A DNA stretch of 64,000 nt. Source: an uncultured virus (IMG/VR IMGVR_UViG_3300025867_000015) (taxonomy: Duplodnaviria > Heunggongvirae > Uroviricota > Caudoviricetes). The notes beneath the pieces were generated by a model. It ran no database searches and had not been told where the DNA came from. It was given only the letters and a program-made list of their open reading frames with translations. Position 1 is the first letter of the stretch; each line of letters starts with the position of its first letter. The DNA lies in the IMG/VR virus record IMGVR_UViG_3300025867_000015, positions 1-64,000 of that record; one strand, given 5' to 3'. Made by a program: the position numbers and the translations under genes. Shown here piece after piece: positions 18,473-28,775 of this stretch.

Positions 18473-21400
18473 TTAACCACATTTTGAATACCCACAATTC
18501 AAACACTTCCAACATCCATCTGATGGTTGTAGTTTACTACCACATTCAGGACACTCTATAAACTCACTATCTATATAATTACGTAAAACCCTTTGAACAA
18601 CCTTATCAAAACTAGTAACCAATGCATATTGTTCTATTTCTGAAACGATAAACTTAGGATCTATCTTATGTCTAAGCATCATGGAATACTTACGTGTACC
18701 CACTTGATCTTCATTCTCTATAAGATCAATTATATTAGGAATTTCATAAGATTTATCAAATTCCTTATCAACACCTACTAACTTATATACTCTACTCTTT
18801 AGTTTTCTAATAGTACCCTTCTGTATCTTATAAGGGAAAATATGATTAGGTAACTCTGGAAATGCAAATATTTCATATGGTTTCCCTTCATATTTACCTA
18901 CCAAAATCATCCAATTTATTTTCAATGCCACTTTATGATAAATATCACACTCCAACTCTTTTGGCCGTTTAACAGCGTCAACATACTCAAAATTATTTTT
19001 CTTATCATTAACTAATATACCAGATCTTGATCCTTCTCTATATATTGTCATTCCCTTACAACCACTTTTATAAGCTGTCATATAAATATCATCAACAACA
19101 CTAATAGGAGTGTTTTCTGGAATATTAGTTGTTGCAGATATTGAATGATCAACCCACTTTTGTACCCTACCTTGCAATTTAACTTTATCAACCCAATTAA
19201 CATCTGATGAAGTTGAATTATGATAAGGAGACTTACTAACTAATATATTTAATTCTTCATCAGTATAATCTTCCAGTGGTTTTTTATAATCAATATCAAA
19301 CAATTTAATATCTGTTTTATACCAATTTTTATCATACCAGTCTTTAAACTTATGATGAAATACATTATATTCTTCAAACATCTCACCATGTTCATCAATA
19401 AAAGTAGCTTTACTCTTATCTATAGTCCTTCTTCTACGTTTATAAAATACAGCAAAACAAGGCTCTATACCAGAAGTAGTTTGTGTCATTATACTAGTAG
19501 TCCCAGTAGGGGCTATAGTTAAGTTAGAAATATTTCTACGACCATATTGTTTATAAACTAAATCAAATCTCCCCAATTCAGAATCACTATAATTAAAATC
19601 TGATATCCAATTAATAACTCTACTAACAAATGGATTATTTTTTTCTAATTCAAAATCCCACTTAAGAAATGACTCTCTCTCCTTAGCCATTATAATAGAT
19701 GATACATAACTTGAAATAGCTAATTGTTCATGAACTCTCTCACTCATATCAATAGCTAATCCAGAACCATATGTAAACCCTAATGCAGCCAACATATCAC
19801 CTTCTCCTGTTGTTCCTAATCCTGTTCTACGACCTGCTTGAGTTTTATAAAATATATTCTCCCAAAGTTCTTTTTCAACACTCTTAATACTATCTGATTC
19901 AGGATCATTTTCTATTTTTTCAAGTATCCTGTTTATCTTCTCAAGTTCTAAATCTACTAAATCGTCCATTAATCTTTGAGCAATAATTACATGTTCTTTG
20001 AATAAATCAAAATTAAAATATGCATCTTTCTCAAATGGATTAACAACATATGAATAAAGATTAATAGACATCAATCGACAACTGTCTTGAGGACAAAGTG
20101 GAATCTCTCCACAATTATGAACTAACAAACCTGAACTGTTTAAGAATTTATCATCATCTGTTTTAGTTATAATATAAAAATTATGATAATCTTCAACATA
20201 AATATCATATACTTCTTCTTTAGCAAGTTCTATAATATTATCTACATATATAGATTCATCTAAATTAACATTAATATCTTCAGGTTCTAATTCTTTTAAT
20301 AGATTACCAAATTCCTTATCAAATAACATTAAAGAATTTTCTAATCTATCATTATCCCAATTATATTTTTTAGCATTTGCATAAATATTTTTACGTTTAT
20401 TCATTAATCTTAAACGTTCTGTACCAACTATCTTATGAATAGGATTAGATTCTCCAATTCTATCTGTAATTTTAACATGCTCATTTATATCTAATAACCT
20501 TAAATTATTTAATGAATCATTTGTAGAATCACGATCAATATGATCAATATTATATAATTTACCATCATAAGAACCATAAAAATATTCATAAATCATTCTA
20601 TATTGTTTAGAATACCCATTATATCTACTATTAATATGTCTATATGATGATCCATTATTTTTATTAGAAAAAGAATAAAATTTACCTAACTTAACTCCTA
20701 AAGAATCTTTTGCTTCAACATAATTACCATCAAAAGTAGCTAATAAATGATCTGGAGTACATCTAAAAGAAGAGCCATCAGAAAGAATTACTTCTAAAAC
20801 TTTTCTTATACCAGTTTTAAATGCAATACCTTCTTTAATATTAACTTTCCATCCTCCACCTCTATTACCGTTAGAAGCATTCTTATCAGCACAATATACT
20901 AAAAATTTACTTCCCTTATCAGCTAATTCTTTAATAGTAACACCATTTCTTCCATCAGCAACAGCAATAATTGTATCTCCAGTTAAACATGGATTAGTTG
21001 ACTTAGTCTTCCACTCTTCTCCATAACAATCTGCAGGTGATTCTCTTATAATAGTATCCCAAAAGAGGATACCCGGTTCAGCTGATTTCCATGCATTCTT
21101 AATTATCTTATCCCAGAGATATCTTGCTTTTACTTTCTTTATATACCCACCATCAACCTTTAGTAGTTTGTTATACTCTAATTTATTAATTAAATCATAA
21201 TCTTTACTACAATATGGTATCTCTAAATCAATAGGAAAAGTTTGATAAAAATCACCATCACATACTACTCTTCCCATAAACTCATCTGTTATACGAACAG
21301 ATATATTAGCATCTGTTATCTTACCACTTTCTAATTTTGAATCTATAAATCTTTCAGCATCGGGATGTTTAATAGAAATAGATAACATCAATGCCCCTCT

Positions 21401-21925
21401 ACGATCACCTTGTCTTACTTCTTTAGTGGAATTAGAAAATCTCTGAGCATACAACACTGATCCTGCCATATCATTTAAAGCAGCATTATTAGCTAAAGCC
21501 CCAGCCGGTCTTAGATTAGATAAATCATGACCAACTCCACCTCTTCGTTTCATTAACTGTATTTGTTCTTCATCTGTACGCATTATACCACCATAAGAAT
21601 CTATAGCAGAATCTATAACAAAACAATTGGAAAGAGAAGTTATTGAAAATTCATTCCCGATCCCAAACATAGGTGATCCCTGTGGAACTATATATCTAAA
21701 TCTATCAAACAATTCAAATATCTTCTTTTCAGAAATGGGATTTGGATAGTTAGACTCTATTCTAGAAAACTCCTTAGCTAATCTTCTATGCATATCTTCA
21801 GGTGTCTTCTCTTTTATATCACCATTTTTATCTTTCAATGCATATTTATCTATCCACACATTAGCAGCTAGTTCATCGCCATTAAAATATTCACATACTG
21901 ATGAAAATATTTCTTCTTTAGTCAT
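18473..21925 (-). CDS. nrdJ: Class II (adenosylcobalamin-dependent) ribonucleotide reductase, intein-containing
   Basis: SLSNCFV, RRGGVG, RRGALM, NP[intein]CGEIPL, RRTGLG, TIAPTGT, SGIEP, C-terminal Zn ribbon; no beta subunit nearby. Confidence 0.93.
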   Translation of the reverse strand: MTKEEIFSSVCEYFNGDELAANVWIDKYALKDKNGDIKEKTPEDMHRRLAKEFSRIESNYPNPISEKKIFELFDRFRYIVPQGSPMFGIGNEFSITSLSNCFVIDSAIDSYGGIMRTDEEQIQLMKRRGGVGHDLSNLRPAGALANNAALNDMAGSVLYAQRFSNSTKEVRQGDRRGALMLSISIKHPDAERFIDSKLESGKITDANISVRITDEFMGRVVCDGDFYQTFPIDLEIPYCSKDYDLINKLEYNKLLKVDGGYIKKVKARYLWDKIIKNAWKSAEPGILFWDTIIRESPADCYGEEWKTKSTNPCLTGDTIIAVADGRNGVTIKELADKGSKFLVYCADKNASNGNRGGGWKVNIKEGIAFKTGIRKVLEVILSDGSSFRCTPDHLLATFDGNYVEAKDSLGVKLGKFYSFSNKNNGSSYRHINSRYNGYSKQYRMIYEYFYGSYDGKLYNIDHIDRDSTNDSLNNLRLLDINEHVKITDRIGESNPIHKIVGTERLRLMNKRKNIYANAKKYNWDNDRLENSLMLFDKEFGNLLKELEPEDINVNLDESIYVDNIIELAKEEVYDIYVEDYHNFYIITKTDDDKFLNSSGLLVHNCGEIPLCPQDSCRLMSINLYSYVVNPFEKDAYFNFDLFKEHVIIAQRLMDDLVDLELEKINRILEKIENDPESDSIKSVEKELWENIFYKTQAGRRTGLGTTGEGDMLAALGFTYGSGLAIDMSERVHEQLAISSYVSSIIMAKERESFLKWDFELEKNNPFVSRVINWISDFNYSDSELGRFDLVYKQYGRRNISNLTIAPTGTTSIMTQTTSGIEPCFAVFYKRRRRTIDKSKATFIDEHGEMFEEYNVFHHKFKDWYDKNWYKTDIKLFDIDYKKPLEDYTDEELNILVSKSPYHNSTSSDVNWVDKVKLQGRVQKWVDHSISATTNIPENTPISVVDDIYMTAYKSGCKGMTIYREGSRSGILVNDKKNNFEYVDAVKRPKELECDIYHKVALKINWMILVGKYEGKPYEIFAFPELPNHIFPYKIQKGTIRKLKSRVYKLVGVDKEFDKSYEIPNIIDLIENEDQVGTRKYSMMLRHKIDPKFIVSEIEQYALVTSFDKVVQRVLRNYIDSEFIECPECGSKLQPSDGCWKCLNCGYSKCG
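20114..20989 (-). mobile_element. Intein (292 aa) with HNH endonuclease domain in RNR
   Basis: CLTGDT...CTPDH...HIDRDSTNDSLNNL...VYDIYVEDYHNF...LVHN/C, inserted in the NPCGE active-site motif. Confidence 0.93.
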
Positions 21926-22259
21926 TGTTTTTAGCCATTTTTTCAGAATCCAATATAACTATCATTACACCACCTTTTGGTTGAAGTAATATAGGTATCT
22001 GATTTCTATTAACGAAATAACTATACAAAAATCCTTTATACTTACTACTTAAATGACTTACCAGTTCAGTAAACTTCTCAGTAGTAACACCTATCAAAAT
22101 TGGTTTTATTCTATAATCTTTATGTTCCTTCATAAAAATCAACTGTGCTCTCAAATGTTCAACAATATCTTCTTTAGATATCAAATATTCTTTAAACACC
22201 TCATCATTAGAAATGTCTACAACGTTCTCTCTTTGATTAATTATATAATATTTATTCAT
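21918..22259 (-). CDS. Hypothetical protein
   Basis: Likely ATG at 22259 (MNKYYII), overlapping the groEL stop. Confidence 0.5.
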   Translation of the reverse strand: MNKYYIINQRENVVDISNDEVFKEYLISKEDIVEHLRAQLIFMKEHKDYRIKPILIGVTTEKFTELVSHLSSKYKGFLYSYFVNRNQIPILLQPKGGVMIVILDSEKMAKNND

Positions 22260-23844
22260 CTTTCTCTTCTCCAACATTATAAATAGTATAAGAAGTAGTA
22301 AGTAATAATCCAGCAACTGAAGCTGCATTCTCTAAAGCAACTCTGGTTACTTTTACGGGATCAATTATACCAGTATCAAAAAACATCTCATATTTATCAT
22401 TATAAACATTATATCCTGTATCATATACTTTAGGATCAACATTTATTATGCTATGCATAATCACATCTACAGGCAAGCCAGCATTCTTCATTATAACTTT
22501 AAAAGGCTCTTCTATAGCTTTACGTATAATTTCTATACCTAATCTTTCATCATAATTATCATATTCACAATCATCTAAACTTTTAATACAACGTAATAAT
22601 GCTACACCTCCGCCAGGAACTATTCCTTCTTGAATAGCTGCTCTAGTAGCATTAAGAGCATCTTCATATCTGTCTTTTTTCTCCTTCATTTCAACTTCAC
22701 TTATACCACCTACATAAATTATCACTACTCCACCAATTAACTTTGCTTTCCTTTCACGTAACTTTTCTGCATCATATTCACTAGGAGCCAATTTTATATG
22801 TTCATCTATTAATTCTACCCTTTGTTTTATTTCCTCCGTGTCTCCTTTGCCATCAATAATAACTGTATCATTTGCAGTAATTATAACCTTACTCGCTTTA
22901 CCAAGAGTATCAAATGTGACTTCTTCCAAATTATAACCAGTATTTTCTTCATATACGAAACCACCTGTTAAAATTGCAATATCTTGCATTATATCTTTTC
23001 TCATTGCTCCATATGATGGAGATTTAACAGCAGCTACTTGCACCACATTCTTGACCTTATTCATAATTAAAATCTGGGTAGCCTCCAAATCCAAATCATC
23101 AACAATAATAAGTAAAGGTCTCTTTTCTTTAATAGCTATTTCTAATGACTGTATTAAATCTCTAGCTAATGATACTCTTTTATTTATCAAAAATATCAGG
23201 GGATTATCAAATACAACTTCCATTCTAACAGTATCTGTAACAAAATAAGGGGATAAAAATCCTTTATCAAATTTCATACCTTTTGTAACTTCAATCTCTG
23301 TGTCTATACCAGATGCTTCTTGTATTGAAATAATACCATCTTTAGATGCTTTTGAAACAGCATGAAAAATACCTTCACCAATTTCTTCATCACCATTTGC
23401 TGATACTGTAGCTACTCTTCTGATATTATTAGTATCATCATTCTTAACCGCTATACTTTTCAAATAATCAATAACAACTTTAACTGCTTTATCAATACCT
23501 CTTTTTAAGAAGATAGGATTAGAACCAGATTCAACATATTTCATCCCTGAATTAAGAATAGCAGCAGCAAGAACTGTAGCTGTAGTTGTACCATCACCTG
23601 CAATTTCATTAGTCTTATGAGCTACATCTTTTATTAGCCTTGCTCCCATATTTTCTACTCTATCAGTAAGAGTAATTGAACGAGCAACTGTAACGCCATC
23701 CTTAGTAATAGTAGGTGACATATATCCATTATCAATAATCACATTTCTCCCTTTAGCTCCTAGAGTACTACCTACTGCATCAGCTAATTTATTTACACCA
23801 ATACGAAGTTTTTTAGTATCAATAGTTATTTCTTGTGTTTGCAT
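22252..23844 (-). CDS. groEL: Chaperonin GroEL (phage-encoded)
   Basis: TLGAKGRNV, ITKDGVTVA, AGDGTTTATVLA, GIVPGGGVAL, IIDPVKVTR; no GGM tail. Confidence 0.97.
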   Translation of the reverse strand: MQTQEITIDTKKLRIGVNKLADAVGSTLGAKGRNVIIDNGYMSPTITKDGVTVARSITLTDRVENMGARLIKDVAHKTNEIAGDGTTTATVLAAAILNSGMKYVESGSNPIFLKRGIDKAVKVVIDYLKSIAVKNDDTNNIRRVATVSANGDEEIGEGIFHAVSKASKDGIISIQEASGIDTEIEVTKGMKFDKGFLSPYFVTDTVRMEVVFDNPLIFLINKRVSLARDLIQSLEIAIKEKRPLLIIVDDLDLEATQILIMNKVKNVVQVAAVKSPSYGAMRKDIMQDIAILTGGFVYEENTGYNLEEVTFDTLGKASKVIITANDTVIIDGKGDTEEIKQRVELIDEHIKLAPSEYDAEKLRERKAKLIGGVVIIYVGGISEVEMKEKKDRYEDALNATRAAIQEGIVPGGGVALLRCIKSLDDCEYDNYDERLGIEIIRKAIEEPFKVIMKNAGLPVDVIMHSIINVDPKVYDTGYNVYNDKYEMFFDTGIIDPVKVTRVALENAASVAGLLLTTSYTIYNVGEEKDE

Positions 23845-23845
23845 A

Positions 23846-24328
23846 TTAAGATATTTTATCTGATAAATAAATATTCTTTGTTTTATAATTTGCTAACATA
23901 TCCGCCATTGCATTACCAAAAACATGGGCACCAGATATGTTAGTCTGGTGCCCACGAATGTGTTTAAATGTTAAAGTTAGTAATGGATGATTTTTTATCT
24001 CTGCAATGATAGCTTTCCACATATCAACATTCTTTACTCCTGACCACCCAATCATCTCCCACTTAGTTAAACGATTATCTGTGAATGATCTAACAATATA
24101 TTCAGAGTCAGAATATACATTAGCACTTATTTCAATCTCTTTACTAAGAGACCTTAATGCATGTAATAATGCAAACCCTTCCATACGTGATATTGTGGTA
24201 TCTCTGTAACCTTCACTAAGAAACCATTCTCTATCACCATCATTCATATAAACGCCTATCCCACCAAGTCTACTACGATGATCACAGCTACCATCACAAT
24301 AGATACTAATCTTCATCTGTTTTCTCAA
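23846..24328 (-). CDS. rnhA: Ribonuclease HI
   Basis: YCDGS, RME, SDSEY, VKNVDMW, HIRGH, GN..AD.LA. Confidence 0.9.
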   Translation of the reverse strand: MRKQMKISIYCDGSCDHRSRLGGIGVYMNDGDREWFLSEGYRDTTISRMEGFALLHALRSLSKEIEISANVYSDSEYIVRSFTDNRLTKWEMIGWSGVKNVDMWKAIIAEIKNHPLLTLTFKHIRGHQTNISGAHVFGNAMADMLANYKTKNIYLSDKIS

Positions 24329-24659
24329 AATCTACGTTATCTGCAATTTTTGTCCATTCAGATACAACAACTTCAGTTTTATAGATAAACTCTCCATCTT
24401 TTTCTAATTTCTTAGTCTTTAACTTACCGACAACCATAACTTTGTCACCTTTGTTAAGAATCCGTATAGCTTCATCTCCAATTGAATTCCAAAGAATACA
24501 ATTATGGAAATTCTTCTCAACCTTTCGGTCTTCTTTGGGACCAAAAAATTCACGAGTCTTAACTACAAGATTTACACACCTTGTGTCATTTTCAAAATGT
24601 TTTTCTGTTGGTTTTACACCTACATAACCAACCAATACGACCTGATTGAAAGTCTTCAT
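24306..24659 (-). CDS. ssb: Bacterial-type single-stranded DNA-binding protein
   Basis: NQVVLVG..G..P, FHNCILW, KGDKVMVVGKLKT, TEVV. Confidence 0.85.
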   Translation of the reverse strand: MKTFNQVVLVGYVGVKPTEKHFENDTRCVNLVVKTREFFGPKEDRKVEKNFHNCILWNSIGDEAIRILNKGDKVMVVGKLKTKKLEKDGEFIYKTEVVVSEWTKIADNVDFEKTDED

Positions 24660-24762
24660 CTGTTTTTCTTTCTGTTAATTAATACCATTGTTTATTTTAA
24701 TTGGAACAATAAAATTATAAAAAATCTAAATACGAATATAATTTATCATTAATTTATAAACA

Positions 24763-26433
24763 TTATAAATAAGAACCTATAAGATTATACAAGTATCTAT
24801 TGTTATTATCTGATTCCACACCCTTATTAACACTACTAGTAATTTTATCTTTCTGTAAAATAATGTCCCAAATTTTTATATCTATAGTATTATTGCCTAG
24901 CATAAAATAAACACCAATACTATTCTTTTGCCCACTACGTTCTAATCTAGAAATAACCTGTTCTATATCAGTAGGACGCCAAGGCAATTCATAAATCAAC
25001 ATATTAGAAGAAATATTCTGCAAACCATCTATCCCAAATCCACCTGTTAAAATATTCATTATTAAAATACGTTTATCATTAGTCTGAAAATCATCAATTA
25101 TATTTTGACGTTTCTTTTGACTTACTTCTCCTATAATATAATCACATTTAAACTTCCTGGATAATTCTTTTATAATATCTGTATGTATACCAAACAAAAC
25201 AATTTTCTCATTAGATGACTCTAAAAAATCTTCAACCCATTCTACTATATTTGATATCTTACCAATAGCTGATAAATATGACAATGAATTTATCTTAACA
25301 ATAGTTTCTGCAAGTAAAGCAGATTCAGCTTTAATATTACCCATATTCTCTCTAACATATTCGATAAAATCATTATTTGCATGTTTATACTCTTTCATAT
25401 TATCAATATCAACACTCAACACAGTTTCAACTCTATTAGGTAGGTCGGGTAATGCTTCTTTCTTATCAACACGATAATAACAATATTTTTTAAGTATAGT
25501 ATTTAATTCTAATGTATTAGTTGCCCCTGAGTAATTCAAACCAAATGGTGACATATATGCTCCACAGTATCTATCAATAAAATAATTCCAGTTAAAAATA
25601 TCACTAAATTGATCTAATAAATTCAATTGATTTATAACCTCTGATGGCCTGTTCATAATAAGTGTGCCAGTAAGAAAAAATCTATAATCAATATTCTTAG
25701 ATAATTTTCTTACAGATTTAGATCTTATGGTTTTACTAGATTTTAAGTTATGTGATTCATCACAAATTATTGATTTAAATCTTATATTTAATAATTCTTT
25801 ATATTTTATATCAATCTTTACTTTGTCATCTTCTTCTTTCTTATTACCCAGTGAACCATAAGTAAATATTAATACATCAGAGTTAAAATCAATTTTATTA
25901 TTCTCCAAAACTGATATTAATCTATTTTTATTAACAAATTTCCATTGTCTTTCCCAATAATATTTAACTGAAGTAGGAGATATCACTATACATGGGAATA
26001 AATTCTCAGTTTCAACAGCCATAATAGACATAAAAGTCTTACCAGTTCCCATATCACTACCATTAATACACCTTTTAGCATATAACATATAAACAATACC
26101 ATTAAATTGATAATCTCTAACGAGCCAAGGTAACTTCAACTCTTCTATTTTCCGTTCTAACATGTCTATCTTTTGTTCTAATAAAAGATCTATATTTTCA
26201 AGTAAATATGTGTTCCAATCACAATCGCTATTATTAGAACAAAGAATTCCAAATTTTAAAATCAAATCTTCAATATCATCTTTATTTATCAAATTAATAG
26301 GGCAATACCAAATATGATTTATTGCATCATATTTTCTGCCTCTAATATTTTTAATAGAGGTGATGAAGTTAATATCATAATCAGTTTTAAAACTAATTAG
26401 GTGATGTCTTATTGTATATTCTTTTAATGACAT
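24763..26433 (-). CDS. SNF2-family helicase (HARP/SMARCAL1-like)
   Basis: DMGTGKT, CDESH, LTGT, SRLERSGQ; N-terminal HARP-like segment. Confidence 0.88.
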   Translation of the reverse strand: MSLKEYTIRHHLISFKTDYDINFITSIKNIRGRKYDAINHIWYCPINLINKDDIEDLILKFGILCSNNSDCDWNTYLLENIDLLLEQKIDMLERKIEELKLPWLVRDYQFNGIVYMLYAKRCINGSDMGTGKTFMSIMAVETENLFPCIVISPTSVKYYWERQWKFVNKNRLISVLENNKIDFNSDVLIFTYGSLGNKKEEDDKVKIDIKYKELLNIRFKSIICDESHNLKSSKTIRSKSVRKLSKNIDYRFFLTGTLIMNRPSEVINQLNLLDQFSDIFNWNYFIDRYCGAYMSPFGLNYSGATNTLELNTILKKYCYYRVDKKEALPDLPNRVETVLSVDIDNMKEYKHANNDFIEYVRENMGNIKAESALLAETIVKINSLSYLSAIGKISNIVEWVEDFLESSNEKIVLFGIHTDIIKELSRKFKCDYIIGEVSQKKRQNIIDDFQTNDKRILIMNILTGGFGIDGLQNISSNMLIYELPWRPTDIEQVISRLERSGQKNSIGVYFMLGNNTIDIKIWDIILQKDKITSSVNKGVESDNNNRYLYNLIGSYL

Positions 26434-26496
26434 AAAAATGTACGCTTGCGCCTCCTATTTTCTAATATTATTATCTATTATTATATTCTATCCTTA

Positions 26497-26559
26497 TAAT
26501 AAATTAAATACCCCATTTAATAAATTAAATACCCCATTTAATAAATTAAATACCCCCAT
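26497..26559. repeat. Three tandem 21-bp iteron-like repeats TAATAAATTAAATACCCCATT
   Basis: Copies at 26497, 26518 and 26539; the third overlaps the stop of the HTH gene. Confidence 0.9.
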
Positions 26560-26923
26560 ATTTTTCTGACAATCTTTTTAGTAGTAATCTCTCATATTCT
26601 TCATTACCTTCTATATAAATTTTTGCGTAATTAACTCTTATATACCTTTTATTAATTTCTTTTGAATATTCTTTGTATTGCATATCAACAAAAATATACC
26701 CCATTTCTTTCAAATGACTAATTATCTGGCTAACTCTTCCATTTGACACTCTAAGTATCTTAGCAAAATAAGAGTTTGAAGCAAAACAACCTTTTTCAGA
26801 TGATTTACTTAAATGCATAATCTCAACAAATGCATCTCTTTCTACCCTAGTTAAATTAGTATCTTCCCATATTTCTATAGGTATCCAAATGCCTGTTAAA
26901 ACTCTTTTACTTTTCATTCTCAA
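26546..26923 (-). CDS. Winged-HTH protein resembling the N-terminus of a phage replication initiator
   Basis: GIWIPIEIW, GCFASNSYFAKILRVS..RVSQIISHL...GYI. Confidence 0.7.
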   Translation of the reverse strand: MRMKSKRVLTGIWIPIEIWEDTNLTRVERDAFVEIMHLSKSSEKGCFASNSYFAKILRVSNGRVSQIISHLKEMGYIFVDMQYKEYSKEINKRYIRVNYAKIYIEGNEEYERLLLKRLSEKYGGI

Positions 26924-27257
26924 TATGTTTATTATAGATTATAGAATTTCGTTTTTCTATATATGCTCTACACTCTTCAATCACATCTATCATTTTTGAT
27001 AAAGACTTCAAATATTCTTTGTTAATAGAATTACCAAACTCTGGGTTGTTTAAAGAGATATCAATAAAATATTTTCCCATATGAATTTTATATAACATAT
27101 GATATTTATTATGTAACCATTTAGGCAAGGCTACTAAATTTAGTATATCATTGTTATTTCTATCAAAATCTATATGATGAATAACTTCATTATTCTCAAG
27201 TTTGAGACTCAAGTATTTTTCATAAAATTTTCGATAGTTAAATTGTTTTTCTTTCAT
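26907..27257 (-). CDS. HNH endonuclease
   Basis: IHHIDFDRNNNDILNLVAL...H..YH. Confidence 0.8.
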   Translation of the reverse strand: MKEKQFNYRKFYEKYLSLKLENNEVIHHIDFDRNNNDILNLVALPKWLHNKYHMLYKIHMGKYFIDISLNNPEFGNSINKEYLKSLSKMIDVIEECRAYIEKRNSIIYNKHIENEK

Positions 27258-27570
27258 AGTTTATTTTTAATAAATCCCTAATTCTTTTTCAAAATTATCT
27301 AAATGAGAATTAGCATCAGACAACATGTCTTCCATGAATGATCTATGTTCTTCAAGAATTGTTTTTAATTCTTCTTTAGAATTTGCTCTATTTACTCTTT
27401 CATAATCAGCAATATCTCCACCATAGAAATCCTTCCATTTAAGGATCTTTTCTTTCATTCCCTCTAATGTCATATTACTTTATTTTATAGATAAATCTTC
27501 TCTAAAGTTCAAATCCCGCAATTATCAAGGCTTTCAGGCTATTACGTATAGCCATTCGTTATGTGCCATT

Positions 27571-27960
27571 TTAGGGGCGACCAATCACCGAAGCTATATC
27601 CCAAACATTTTCCAATGGAATTTCTCTTTGTTTGACTATTCCTTTTAGACAAAAAAGAATTTCATTTTCTAATTCCTGAAACATTGTGGTTTCAAATTCA
27701 AATAACTTAAAGCCGTTATTGAATAAGTTTATTGCATCAGAAGCTGTGAACCATTGATTCATATTTTCAGCACTCTTTCCTGCACTTTGCCAAATATGAC
27801 CGTCTTTTTTGTGAATAGGGTTAAAAGGCATTGGAAAATCTTTTGCTATCCCATCAGGGCAAAGTATGTGTATTTTCTTTCTAAGAATACCATCTTTTGT
27901 GTACCACATCCCGTCTTTATCTTCTGGATTTTCAATTCTGTAAACGATTTTTGTTTCCAT
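27571..27960 (-). CDS. Hypothetical cassette protein
   Basis: 129 aa, VYRIEN...GMWY...WF. Confidence 0.65.
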   Translation of the reverse strand: METKIVYRIENPEDKDGMWYTKDGILRKKIHILCPDGIAKDFPMPFNPIHKKDGHIWQSAGKSAENMNQWFTASDAINLFNNGFKLFEFETTMFQELENEILFCLKGIVKQREIPLENVWDIASVIGRP

Positions 27961-28041
27961 TGTTTCTTGATTTTAATTTTTTATTAAAACGGCACATAAC
28001 AAAGTGTAAAAAACATTAAAACGTTTTTTTACACTCAAACG

Positions 28042-28275
28042 TTATAGCCAATTATGAGAAACATCATCGTACACAACAATATTGCCTTTTTGAATTATAT
28101 TATTTGTCTTTATAGGTACACCTTCATAAGTTGGATTGTCGCTAACTACAACAGTTGTTTTTGATTCAATTTCTTTTTTGAAAACTTCAAAATCGTTTTC
28201 ATTCATTACGATTGTTGGGTTTTTCATTTCCCTAATTTTCTTTGATCTTAGCTCTTGCCTTAATTTATCATCCAT
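28042..28275 (-). CDS. Hypothetical cassette protein
   Basis: 77 aa; the stop codon lies inside the TAAC core. Confidence 0.6.
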   Translation of the reverse strand: MDDKLRQELRSKKIREMKNPTIVMNENDFEVFKKEIESKTTVVVSDNPTYEGVPIKTNNIIQKGNIVVYDDVSHNWL

Positions 28276-28304
28276 GATTGAAATGAATAACTGGCTATAA
28301 CCCT

Positions 28305-28775
28305 TTACAATTTACATCTTATTAACACCCCAGTATTTATCTGCATCTCAGTATTAATGCCAAATTCTAAATCAATCCAAGATAATCTTTTATTTAATTT
28401 AGAAAGACGTATTGCTGATCTTACTTCAAATATAGGCTTACTAATAATATCAGTAACATAATAATCATAATGAATATATTTAGTTTTACCAGCACCAATA
28501 CAAATAATAGGAAATAAATCCCAACCTGTATCCAAACTTACCCCTATTATCCAACCATGATAATTAGTTACTCCATCATGTCTCCAAGTAATATCAGCAT
28601 TAATGTCCTCTTTAATAAGAGTATTGGCATAAACACCGAAGCACTTATACAATGATTCGACATTTATGCCATACTGACATGATCCTTTTGAGGACATCAT
28701 AAAATCAAGTCCGATAGATTGAGATCTGGAATTTAAAGACATTAAAACTAAACTTACTAACAAAATCTTTTTCAT
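28305..28775 (-). CDS. Putative outer-membrane beta-barrel-like protein
   Basis: Signal peptide followed by alternating hydrophobic beta-strands. Confidence 0.4.
   Translation of the reverse strand: MKKILLVSLVLMSLNSRSQSIGLDFMMSSKGSCQYGINVESLYKCFGVYANTLIKEDINADITWRHDGVTNYHGWIIGVSLDTGWDLFPIICIGAGKTKYIHYDYYVTDIISKPIFEVRSAIRLSKLNKRLSWIDLEFGINTEMQINTGVLIRCKL

Larger units (their letters stand above)
27558..28301 (-). mobile_element. Two integron-like gene cassettes with attC-like sites
   Basis: Each ORF is bracketed by 10-bp complementary cores (GTTATAGCCA/TGGCTATAAC; GTTATGTGCC/GGCACATAAC), with a palindromic site between them at 27991-28050. Confidence 0.7.

Noticed and set aside
26497..26559. 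CRISPR array
   Set aside because: The repeats are head-to-tail with no spacers, and there are no cas genes in the window.
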